Part shown: positions 47,476 to 57,700 of the stretch, piece after piece | Layout of the letters: every line of letters begins with the position of its first letter | How positions within the stretch are numbered: position 1 is the stretch's first letter | IMG/VR virus record: IMGVR_UViG_3300042344_000236 | Coordinates: 229-64,228 of that record | Reading direction: 5' to 3' (one strand) | Origin: a virus | Lineage: Duplodnaviria > Caudoviricetes | Length of the DNA stretch: 64,000 nucleotides | Notes under the pieces: model-generated | Seen by the model: the letters and a program-made list of their open reading frames with translations, nothing else | The model's database searches: none | What the model was told of the DNA's origin: nothing | Made by a program: the position numbers and the translations under genes

Positions 47476-50319
47476 ATGATGACCAAACAATCTTTTGAGT
47501 ACACTGGAAGTAGCACTTACGAGATAAACAACGTTGTTGTTAGTAATAATAATATAGCATTATTTGATCAACTTACTGGCGTTGGTGGTGTAGATTTTAT
47601 GCCGTATGATGGTGCTACAGTAATAGTAAAGGCAGGTGACTCAACAGGTACATATCAAGACTTAGCTCCAACCTTAAACAACAAGTTGTACTATCATGTA
47701 TCAGACAAAATATATGATGCTAGAGATAAAGATACTTTGGTAAACATATCTACAGAGATACCTGTAATATATTCAGGCGGAGAGTTTGTTGGTACTTTTG
47801 TTTTTGTAAACCCGAATGATTATCCATACTTATACTTGTTCTGGAATTATAATGATACGGCAGAAGGTAGTACTAATATATCATATATAGGTGTAACAGA
47901 TGAGAGAGTAATTGATTGGACTTTGGGTTCATATTTAGGAGTTGCTGGAATAAATTACAATTCATTAGATACTCCAACTAGATTTCAAATAAAGTGGAAC
48001 GGGGGTATAGTTTCTGATTCTGGTTATGTAGGATTAAATACATTGGCAAACTATAATGCCTTAATAAGTGCTGGAGTTAATCCAGACGATATTAAGTTAT
48101 CGTTTCCTTATAATGGCTTAGTAAACAATGGAAACGGTGCGTTAAGATTTAAGAAAAACACAGACTTAGGTTATGGAGAGATAATTGTGTCTTCTCCAAT
48201 TGCAACATCCACATGGATTATAAATAAAGTTAATCCGTATCTAACTCCATTTTATATTGATATAACCGATGGAGATATCTCAAATGTTTGCACACAATGT
48301 CCTACATCTAACTACTACCATGATGGATTTAACTTAACTCCTGAAACTGGAGACAATATATATCTTGATCCACTAGGAGCGTCTACATATGATGGAAATA
48401 ATGCGTATCATATGGTTGATATAGTATCTTGTGCCGTTCCGAGTCCAACTAATAAATATTATGTTTTAGTAAATGAGGATGGAGTTGTTGAATTAGTAGG
48501 GGTTTGTAACTGCCCAGAAACAGCTCCTCCAATGATTACGCAAGGTAATATATTTATAACTGTAGGAGAAGAAATAAGTATACCTTTATCGTCAATAGGT
48601 TCTCCAACTAGTTTTAACTTAATTGGCAGTTGTTACAATTATGTTTTAACAGGAGGTTCAAGATCTAGTGTGTTTAGTTATACTGACTGTAATGGAGATA
48701 GTAGATATATTTCAGTTAGCCCTTCTGTAGAAAGTGTGGTATGTGCATCTATTGCACCAGTATTAATATCTGGAGATGGAACCGCAACATCTTCTGGTCA
48801 GTGTTTTGAATATACATTAATTAATGGAATGAGTTTTTCTGATTCAGGTGTTTTGTCTGGAACAGCTCAAAAATTAAAAGATTTCTCTTTTTCTGTAACT
48901 GCAACCAATTGTTTTGGTACAAGCCCTATATACGACATTAATGTATTTGTATCTAAAGGAGAGCTACTTACACCATTTTCAGTAGATGTTGAACAGTATA
49001 AAGAAACTGCTAGTGATTGCTGTAGCATAACACCTACATTTTCAATACTATATTTTGAGGGAGAGTATTCTGTTCCAGACTTAAGAAATAGGGTCTACAA
49101 AGATCAACTGGCTGAAGAATATTTTGACGGAGGTAACTTCTGGTACTTTATTGATAAGTCTGATTATGTTATAAAAATAGATAGAAACGGATACGTTGTT
49201 GAGACATCAGTTTGTGCAGGAAGTACTACCACAACAAGCACTACTAGCACCACAACTATACCTGTTGTTGGTAACTATTATGAGGCTGTATCATGTATAG
49301 ATGGAGTTACAACTGCTATATTGATAGATGTTACATCAGCGGTTATTGTGCCAACAAACATTGTTAAAACTGCTGACGGAAATTGTTGGGAAATAACGTC
49401 TGTATCGCCAGGAGGATTTCCATACTTTTATATTGAAAACCCCGTAGTTATATACGCAGATTGTACAACGTGTACTGGTACTACTACCACGACAACAAGT
49501 ACTACAACTACTACGCTTCCTCCAATAACAGCTTTTAATATAAGCCCATCAAATCCTGCAAATGACGCATATACGGCATGTAATTCAGCAGGTATATTTA
49601 TTTCATACTATCATTTCGGTGCATATACAATGCCACTAGTGGGTGACATAGTATACACTGACCCACTATGTACTACTTTATTTAATGGTGGATTTTTATG
49701 GTATATAGCCAATGATGGGGTAAACACTTATGCCATTCATATAGCTAATACGGGGCAGGTGTTACACATAAGCCCTTGTAGTATAGTAACCACAACAACT
49801 ACTACTACTACAATACCAACATATTACTATGATGCAGAATTATGTACATCTCCTGGACCAACATACTTGCTTGCTTACCAAAGCTTGTATCCAGTAGTTG
49901 CAGGGGATATAGTAAAGGGAGATGATGGCAATTGTTATGAGATAATAACAACATCACTACCAGGCGTACAAGATGCTAATATTTTATTTATTTTTGCTAA
50001 CTGTTCTAGCTGCATAGGCACTACAACGACAACAACATCAACGACTACAACAACAACAACAACGACATCAACCACAACCACAACTACAGTTAAACCTATT
50101 TATTCTGTTTTATGTAACTATGGCATAGAGAGTGTTGTTTGTAGTTCGCCTGTTGTTACGTTTTATACAGATGGACCAATTGGAGATCCCATTAGTGGAA
50201 TATGCATAGACGCAGCGTTTACTACTCCTGCTCCAGCTAACTACTACAAGGCATACACAAGCTCTGTAGCTTACGAGTGGGATGGTGCGCTTTGGACTGG
50301 AAATATTAAAAATTGTTAA
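47476..50319 (+). CDS. Tail appendage protein with Cys-rich repeats and mucin-like poly-Thr linkers
   Basis: Thr/Ser tracts at 49222-49257, 49480-49515, 49789-49812, 50020-50088. Confidence 0.75.
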   Translation: MMTKQSFEYTGSSTYEINNVVVSNNNIALFDQLTGVGGVDFMPYDGATVIVKAGDSTGTYQDLAPTLNNKLYYHVSDKIYDARDKDTLVNISTEIPVIYSGGEFVGTFVFVNPNDYPYLYLFWNYNDTAEGSTNISYIGVTDERVIDWTLGSYLGVAGINYNSLDTPTRFQIKWNGGIVSDSGYVGLNTLANYNALISAGVNPDDIKLSFPYNGLVNNGNGALRFKKNTDLGYGEIIVSSPIATSTWIINKVNPYLTPFYIDITDGDISNVCTQCPTSNYYHDGFNLTPETGDNIYLDPLGASTYDGNNAYHMVDIVSCAVPSPTNKYYVLVNEDGVVELVGVCNCPETAPPMITQGNIFITVGEEISIPLSSIGSPTSFNLIGSCYNYVLTGGSRSSVFSYTDCNGDSRYISVSPSVESVVCASIAPVLISGDGTATSSGQCFEYTLINGMSFSDSGVLSGTAQKLKDFSFSVTATNCFGTSPIYDINVFVSKGELLTPFSVDVEQYKETASDCCSITPTFSILYFEGEYSVPDLRNRVYKDQLAEEYFDGGNFWYFIDKSDYVIKIDRNGYVVETSVCAGSTTTTSTTSTTTIPVVGNYYEAVSCIDGVTTAILIDVTSAVIVPTNIVKTADGNCWEITSVSPGGFPYFYIENPVVIYADCTTCTGTTTTTTSTTTTTLPPITAFNISPSNPANDAYTACNSAGIFISYYHFGAYTMPLVGDIVYTDPLCTTLFNGGFLWYIANDGVNTYAIHIANTGQVLHISPCSIVTTTTTTTTIPTYYYDAELCTSPGPTYLLAYQSLYPVVAGDIVKGDDGNCYEIITTSLPGVQDANILFIFANCSSCIGTTTTTTSTTTTTTTTTSTTTTTTVKPIYSVLCNYGIESVVCSSPVVTFYTDGPIGDPISGICIDAAFTTPAPANYYKAYTSSVAYEWDGALWTGNIKNC

Positions 50320-51233
50320 TGAATAAAATTAAATTTCTATCAGCACAACCAGCGATAGATTATTATGCATGGCAAGTTGAGGTGCAAATAATGAACTTCA
50401 TGATTAATGGGTATAGCCCAGAGCAGATCAATGTAGTAGCTGGTTATCAGGATGAGATTCCTGAGTCTTGGAATAAGTTAAGAAATCACTTTACTAGTGT
50501 AAACTTTTTCTTCTATGAAGATACTTTAGGTGAGTGCAAGTATCTTCCTGCTATTCAAGGACATATACTTAAAAAACACTTTAAAGAACACCCAGACAAT
50601 ACACCGTATTTTTTTGTTGATGCTGACTTTATATTTACAAAGTATCTAGACTTTAGTAAGTTCTTAAACGATGATAAGTGGTACTTCTCAGACACGACAT
50701 CTTACATTGGGTATGACTACATAGTAAGCAAGGGAGAAGAGGTTCTAGAGGCCATGTGTAATGTTGTAGGTATATCTAAAGAAACAGTAAAGGAAAACCA
50801 AAACAATAGTGGTGGTGCTCAAAAACTAATGAAGAATTTAAGTGCTGAATACTGGGAGTTAGTTGAGAAATATTCGTTTGAACTTTACGATACAGCGATG
50901 TCATTACAGCACGTTAGAAATGACGGAAGTAATCACGGAATACAGGCTTGGACTTCTAGTATGTGGGCAGAACTTTGGACTGCCTGGAAGATGGGAATAG
51001 AGGTTGTTGTTCCAGAAGAGTTTGACTTCTGTTGGGCTACTTGTAACTCAAGAATGTGGGACAAAGTTTATTTTTTTCATAATGCTGGGGTTATGTCAGA
51101 CAAGGATGGTATGTTCCACAAGGCTAAGTACATGGATAAGCTTCCATACAATAGTAATGACGTTGTTACAGATAAGCAATGCTCTTACTACTATTACAAG
51201 CTGTTAAAGTCAATAGATAGCTGTTTGGTTTAA
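50319..51233 (+). CDS. GT-A glycosyltransferase, SRGT1/HPAT (GT96/GT95)-like
   Basis: YYAWQ, YLPAIQ, FVDADFIF (DxD), GGAQ, WTSSMW, FFHNAG; TAATG overlap with the upstream gene. Confidence 0.7.
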   Translation: MNKIKFLSAQPAIDYYAWQVEVQIMNFMINGYSPEQINVVAGYQDEIPESWNKLRNHFTSVNFFFYEDTLGECKYLPAIQGHILKKHFKEHPDNTPYFFVDADFIFTKYLDFSKFLNDDKWYFSDTTSYIGYDYIVSKGEEVLEAMCNVVGISKETVKENQNNSGGAQKLMKNLSAEYWELVEKYSFELYDTAMSLQHVRNDGSNHGIQAWTSSMWAELWTAWKMGIEVVVPEEFDFCWATCNSRMWDKVYFFHNAGVMSDKDGMFHKAKYMDKLPYNSNDVVTDKQCSYYYYKLLKSIDSCLV

Positions 51234-51251
51234 ATTCATTAAATTTGTATT

Positions 51252-52088
51252 ATGATACCAGCACCATTAACCGCCTCTTATGCTGACGATGTTGAGGGAT
51301 GGACTTCTTTTTGGAGTTACCTACCTGACTACATGGTTTATGTGAGCAATAGATTTTACAGCTTTAAGGGTGGAAATTTATACTTTCATAATGACCCTGC
51401 TGCTTCTAGAACTGTATACTACCCAAATAGCCCGTTTTCAAACCTACCAACGGCTACTGTAACTACAGTATTTAATGATGAGCCACTTGAGGTAAAGCTA
51501 TTTAAGACTGTATCTCTTGAGAGTACTGCGCCATGGAATGTATCTGTTACAACTGATTTGATATCTGGAAACATAAATAATACGTGGTTTGATTTAAAAG
51601 AGGGTAGCTACTTTGCATTTATAAGAAGAAACTCAAACCCAGTTGGACCTGCATTAATAAGCGTATCTCAGTTAGACGATACATTGTCTACCAGAATTGT
51701 TGGAATAGGTAATGTTTTACAAACTGGTGTTGCTGCACCTCCTTATACAAACTATGTACAAATTGATAGCTATCCACAGGATAACTTACAAATAAAAGAC
51801 GTATCGCCTCCAGATCAGATATACATGTACTTTACAAGTGGTGCCTTAAGTTATGTTGGTGATGTTGGTTTTGTTGACAACAATGATCCATCTGGAAATC
51901 CAATTATTTATCTTAGCTCAACAGGAACTTTACCTCCATCAGGTCAGAACGTTTTAGCCATAAAAAGTTCTACTGCTGAGTCATATGGAGCTCGTGGATA
52001 CTACATGGATGTAACACTTACAACGAGCAATTCTTCCTTGGTGGAATTATTTGAGATAGGCTCATCAGTATTCAAAAGTTTTATGTAA
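51252..52088 (+). CDS. Tail protein resembling the C-terminal part of nozzle proteins
   Basis: GWTSFWSYLPD.M...NRFYSFKGGNLY.HN; KLFKTVSLES; KEG.YFAFI; GARGYY..V. Confidence 0.6.
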   Translation: MIPAPLTASYADDVEGWTSFWSYLPDYMVYVSNRFYSFKGGNLYFHNDPAASRTVYYPNSPFSNLPTATVTTVFNDEPLEVKLFKTVSLESTAPWNVSVTTDLISGNINNTWFDLKEGSYFAFIRRNSNPVGPALISVSQLDDTLSTRIVGIGNVLQTGVAAPPYTNYVQIDSYPQDNLQIKDVSPPDQIYMYFTSGALSYVGDVGFVDNNDPSGNPIIYLSSTGTLPPSGQNVLAIKSSTAESYGARGYYMDVTLTTSNSSLVELFEIGSSVFKSFM

Positions 52089-52097
52089 ATTTGTGAT

Positions 52098-52496
52098 ATG
52101 GAAGTCCGATACTTAAGTGAAGACGATTATCATATACTGTGTGACTGGTGGAAGGATTGGAGATGGCCAGTTATATCTAGAGATTTCTTGCCAGAAAATG
52201 GTAAGGGAGGTTTTATGATATCGAATAAAGGGGTTGACATATGTGCAGGATTTTTGTACATGACAAACTCAAAAGTTGCTTGGATTGAATTTATAGTTTC
52301 AAACTTCCATTATAGAGAGGCAGACAGGCAAGACGCTATAGAGTACTTAATACACGTACTCGTTGAGGCTTGCAGACAAAATGGTTATGACTATGCTTTC
52401 TCTACGTTAAAGAATAGTGCGTTAATTAAGACGTATGAAAAGTGTGGATTTGAGAAAGGCTCAACGAACACTACAGAAATGATTATAAAGTTATAA
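52098..52496 (+). CDS. GNAT-family acetyltransferase
   Basis: C-terminal LIKTYEKCGF; usual position before podovirus ejection genes. Confidence 0.7.
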   Translation: MEVRYLSEDDYHILCDWWKDWRWPVISRDFLPENGKGGFMISNKGVDICAGFLYMTNSKVAWIEFIVSNFHYREADRQDAIEYLIHVLVEACRQNGYDYAFSTLKNSALIKTYEKCGFEKGSTNTTEMIIKL

Positions 52497-52499
52497 GAA

Positions 52500-53264
52500 A
52501 TGGCAGCAGTAACTGGAACAATAGTAGCCCTAGGTGGCATGGGTGTCAGTGCGGCACAAGCAATCAAGCAGAATCAGGCAATGAAAAAAGCTGACGCTGC
52601 ATCACAAAAAGCAAGTCAAGAGCTAAAGTCAATCAAGGAACAGAACGCATTTAAACAACTACAAGTCCCCACTTTAGGTACACAATTAGCACAACAGTCT
52701 CAAGCACAGAGAGACGTTCAGGCTATCAATATGCTACAGGGTGCAGGTGCTGAGGGTGTAATTGGTGGAGTTGGTCAGTTGGCCTTAGCTGGAGAGCAGG
52801 GTGACTTACAAAATGCAGCAAGACTTGATGAGATGAAATATCAAAGAGATGCAATGCAGGCACAGGCACAGCAGGGAATTAATGCATCTGAGGCTGAGAG
52901 AAAGTTCTACATAGGAATGGGAGAGAAGCAAGATGCTGAATTGAGAAGAGCACAAGCTGAGGCAAACAGAAATGCTGCAATTGAGGGTATTTTTGGATTT
53001 GCTGCTCAAGGATTAAAGTCGGCCTCAAAATTAAAGGGACTATATGGTAAATCAGATATGTCTGGTGCTGGTGAAATTACCGATATGCCTAGCACTGTAG
53101 AAAGCCCTGTTTTAAATCAAGAAAAATCTACACCAACCTTTAGAACAGATAGATTTACAAAAGAACTAGAACTTGACCCATTAAAAATAGGAACTTATAG
53201 TTTAGCTAATCAAAATAAAAAAGGATCAAACGAATATTTAAACCAATATTATGGCCTTAAGTAA
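52500..53264 (+). CDS. Internal virion/ejection protein 1
   Basis: MAAVTGTIVALGGMGVSAAQ hydrophobic N-terminus; A/Q-rich. Confidence 0.65.
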   Translation: MAAVTGTIVALGGMGVSAAQAIKQNQAMKKADAASQKASQELKSIKEQNAFKQLQVPTLGTQLAQQSQAQRDVQAINMLQGAGAEGVIGGVGQLALAGEQGDLQNAARLDEMKYQRDAMQAQAQQGINASEAERKFYIGMGEKQDAELRRAQAEANRNAAIEGIFGFAAQGLKSASKLKGLYGKSDMSGAGEITDMPSTVESPVLNQEKSTPTFRTDRFTKELELDPLKIGTYSLANQNKKGSNEYLNQYYGLK

Positions 53265-54789
53265 TAAAAGTTATTCAACATATGTTCCAGCAGCAGCAGT
53301 AGATTGGTCAAAAGCTATTGGCGGTCTGTATGGTGCTATAACAGAAATAGGTGAAGAGAGGGAGAAAGAGAAGAAGGAACTTGAAGACTTAATGACAAAC
53401 TCTATTAAGGACATCAACAACCAAGAGATGTTAAAGTCTCAAAGCCTAAATGACTATATAGCTGTTGGTGCAGAGAGTGGAAGAAATACAATTGTTTCAG
53501 CAAACAAACAACTAAAGGCAGGTCAGATAACTCCACAGCAGTACAGGTCTATTGTAAATAATGTCAATACAAGCTGGTCAACAATGGCTAACAGCATGAA
53601 AAACTTTGATGCCACAAACCAGGAACTATTAAAAAGACAGCAGATTGACCCAAAGACAAATCAACCTTTAGCGTCAGAATATGAGGTTTATCTGTCTCAG
53701 CAACACGCATATCTTGGTGACTTAAAGAATCAAACATACATGTTTGACCCAACGACTGGTAATGGATACATAACGAAGTATAATCCAGATGGTACTATTC
53801 AGAAATCAACAAACAGCATGATGATAGCTAACCCATCTAACATTACTGACGATTACTTTGATTTTGAGAAAGAGGTTGTAGATTTTACAAAGTCTTTGGG
53901 TGGTTATACTGATGAAAAAGGTAACTTTATAGTTAGTAATCCACTAGATAATCCATCGACTAAAAAAGCTTTAACTCAAAAGGTTTTAGCTTTAACCAGC
54001 AACGATAGGATGGTTTCACAAGTTTTAGCTAGATATAATGGAGCGAATTTTTATGGTGATGAAACTGAGTTGCAATCAAATATTGATGCTAATATAAGTC
54101 AAGAAGAAGAGTCTAGAAAATTATTTTCACAAAACACTGAAGTTATAAAAAGTATAGAGGCATTAGAAAAAAAAGGTAAAAACCGAACAAAAGCTGAAAC
54201 GGCAGAGCTAACTAGATTAAAAGCTGAAACGGCTGCTTTAACTGACGATGAAAAGAAAAAAATTGCTGAAGAAGTTAGCGGCAAAATGATTTTTTCTGGA
54301 ACTGGAGAGGGTAACACATATCAGCCTAAAATAACTGATGATCAAAGAGAGCTTGCTAGAAAAATTATTCAAGAACAAATTATGGGTAGAATTCCTTACA
54401 AGAGAGTTGAGGAAAATACAGAAATACAAAACAGACCTCAAGAGGTAAAGGTTACCGTGGCTTCACAGGGCGGTGGAGGAGGAGGAGGTCCCAAAGAAAC
54501 ACCTGCCGCTCAACAAGCTACACAGGCATTGTATAATGAAGCTCTTTCTTTATGGAATCAAGGTCCAGCACAACTTACTCAAAAAATAAGACAAACCACA
54601 AATAATCCTAACTATGAAATAAAAGTGTCTAATGGTAAGTATGCGCTTTTCAAAAACGAATATCAAACAAACATAGCAACTGGAAAAAAAGACAAGTTAG
54701 TTCCTGTGTATCAATATACTATAAATGGTGTAAAAGATTTAGGAAAACTATTAGGTGCAAATGAAACATACTGGCAACTTATTAGATAA
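53251..54789 (+). CDS. Internal virion/ejection protein 2
   Basis: VDWS..IGG N-terminus; helical; position in the module. Confidence 0.6.
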   Translation: MALSNKSYSTYVPAAAVDWSKAIGGLYGAITEIGEEREKEKKELEDLMTNSIKDINNQEMLKSQSLNDYIAVGAESGRNTIVSANKQLKAGQITPQQYRSIVNNVNTSWSTMANSMKNFDATNQELLKRQQIDPKTNQPLASEYEVYLSQQHAYLGDLKNQTYMFDPTTGNGYITKYNPDGTIQKSTNSMMIANPSNITDDYFDFEKEVVDFTKSLGGYTDEKGNFIVSNPLDNPSTKKALTQKVLALTSNDRMVSQVLARYNGANFYGDETELQSNIDANISQEEESRKLFSQNTEVIKSIEALEKKGKNRTKAETAELTRLKAETAALTDDEKKKIAEEVSGKMIFSGTGEGNTYQPKITDDQRELARKIIQEQIMGRIPYKRVEENTEIQNRPQEVKVTVASQGGGGGGGPKETPAAQQATQALYNEALSLWNQGPAQLTQKIRQTTNNPNYEIKVSNGKYALFKNEYQTNIATGKKDKLVPVYQYTINGVKDLGKLLGANETYWQLIR

Positions 54790-54792
54790 AAC

Positions 54793-57700
54793 ATGGCTGA
54801 AGAACTAGACACAAACCTGCCCATAGATGAGACTATAGACCAAGAGATTGTTCCTGTGTTTGAAGGAATAAATCCAGAGATTCCAAGTGTTGATGAAAGC
54901 TCTTCAGTGGAAGGTGTTATACAATTTAAAAGAACTGATACCGATACCACTAAACCTCCTAAATGGACAAGAGAATTTTTAAAAAAGCAAATAATATATA
55001 AGCCAAATATTTCAAGTGCTAATAAAATTGTTAGTGGAAAAGAATTTTTAAGAAAATACAGCAACATTGATTTTAATAAAATAGTAAACGATCCAGAAAG
55101 TGTTTCTCCTGAGATGGCTCGTGATTATATAAATTTATTAAATCCTTATAGAACAAGATTAGCGGCAGGATGGAACGAATATGTAAAAAATGGATCTAGC
55201 TCCATATTAGATAGTTTATACGAAGAAAATCCTATATTATTTCAAGAGTTAAAAAAGTTTGAAATAACTACTAGCTCAAGGCCAAAAACAAAACCAGAAG
55301 AACAAAAATGGGTAGATGTTACATCTGGAGTAGCACCAAGAACTGAATATGAAGTAAAGTCTACTGATTATAAAGATTACTTACCAGAAAAGGGATTGTG
55401 GGCATATCAAGTTGTAGCTCAAGATCCATATACTGCATGGCTAAATGAATTTCCAGAATATTCAAATCTTTATACTGATGAAGACTTTTTATATAAAGGT
55501 GTAGATGAAATATATCAAAGAAGATTTGGAATAAATAAAAGAGAATACGAGCAACTTTATGGCGATAAATTAATGGCAAAAGATAAACTGCCAAACGATG
55601 CCATGACTCCTGCTGAAGTGTCAGAATATTTTAGGGCAAATCCTAATTTATTAAAAAATAAAACTCCAGAACAAATTAATCAAATAAAAGAAAGATTATT
55701 TAGGGGTGCAGATATAAAAAATGATGTATTTGCTGATGTACCAGATTATGATTTCTGGAAACAAGTTCAAATGGGTGTTGATCCCAGAAAATTAACAAGA
55801 AAATCTACATTTTCAAGGAGATATAATGAAGAAAAAAATATATGGGAAAAAAGAATTGAAAATTTTAAATTAACAAGCTCTGATGAAAAAATTGCAGATT
55901 TAAAAACTGGAAGGTTAGAGAAAATAGCATTAGATAAGTATGTTTATTATGAACCTGTTACAGACCCAAAGGAGGTATATGCACTAAACAAAAGATACGG
56001 AAAACAAGCATCAACTAGTTCTAAATTAGACATTAAATCAGACTACAATGGAGAATACTATATAGATGGTAATACTGGCCAGTGGAAGTATAGAGAACGT
56101 GGTAAAAAAGATTTTGTTTTTATAGACAATATAAAACAAATAAAAGATCTAAATAGTAAATATGGATTAAATGCCAAAACACCTACAAAAGAAGTTCTTG
56201 ATAAACAAAGAAAAGAAGAAGATTTATTATTTAAATATGGTGTAGATATAGATGATCTACTCAAAAACGCCCCTCAACACGCAAATACTACACTTGGATT
56301 TTCTGATGTTGATGATGAAAACTCAACATTAAGAATAGATAACTTAGGTAAATTAAATCAAAAATTAAAACCATATGGCGTAAGGCTAAAATACAAAACA
56401 GCCGATATTAGTGATGCCACATTGGGTCTAACAAATATTTTAGGAATAACTGACAATCAGTTAGAAGTTACATTTGAGAGAAATGGTAATGTAGTACACA
56501 AAGAAAGCTTTGTTTATGACTCTCCCAACTTATCTAAAGATGTATACAATTTATTAAAAGCATGGAACCCATCTAAGGTTAATGCCGCATTTGATCTTCA
56601 AATGAAACGTCCAGATGCTTCAATAAATCAAGAAACTTGGTATAACTACTATAGCCGTCTAAGTGATAAGAATAAAGATAGATTCATGAAGTTGTCTGAT
56701 ACTGAAAAAGAATTAGAAGCTTCTTCCGCTTATTATTTAAGTCCAACAAAAGAGGAATATGAACAACAAAAATGGTATGAACAACTTGCTAGCATAGACG
56801 ATACTTATTTTAAAAAACCTGATGAAACTAAGGCAGAAATTTTAGCAAAATCTTTGTCACCTGAAAAAACTAAATTAGAAGAATATGCCATACAAGGTAT
56901 AATACCAACAGCAATACAGGCATCAAAAGAGCAAGAAGCAATAAAAAATTATGTAGATGTAGTCCAAAATTGGGCTATTGAAGATATAACAAGCACAGAG
57001 CCAAGTAATAATAAATTCTTCCCTACAGACAACAAGACAACTCAATTAGTAAATAATGAGGTAAAGAAAATTGGTAAATCTGGACAAGAATTAGAATTAG
57101 AAATTAAAAAATTTCAAGAAAAATTTAGATTGTTTGATGATTATAAAAAAGAATCAGAGATAGTTAACTCTAGACTAAGTCAAATATCTAAAGATATAGA
57201 TCAGTTAAAATCAGAATACAACGCATATGAATCAGAAAAACAAATTGTTCAAAACAAATTACAAGCATTAAATAAAAGATACGAGAATAAAGAAATATCA
57301 CAATCATCATACTCTAAACAATTTAATGATATAAAATCAAACTTTGAATCTAATTGGTCTTTTATTAATGATGAATATATTCAAAGTTTAAGTGAAAGAG
57401 AAAAAGAACTTACATCAGAATACAATAAAATAAAATCTGATTTTGATAATAAGTATTCAGATATTAATCAAGAATATTTAGATAATTTAAGCAGAGAGGG
57501 ATCAGATATTTCTACAAAAATTACAATAAATAAGTTTGAAAATGCATCATTAAATTCGGCATTAAACGATATTAATAGGGCAGTATCTATAAAAAATGCA
57601 GAATTATTTCAAAGAGGAAATTTGATTACTGGGAGTGTATATACTGCTTTAACTGGATTTTTAAAGGGATTTAGTTTACTTTCTGATCAAAGTAGTGAAG

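Noticed and set aside
49222-50088. ACN microsatellite or diversity-generating retroelement target
   Set aside because: Codons are mixed, and no reverse transcriptase or template/variable repeat pair was seen
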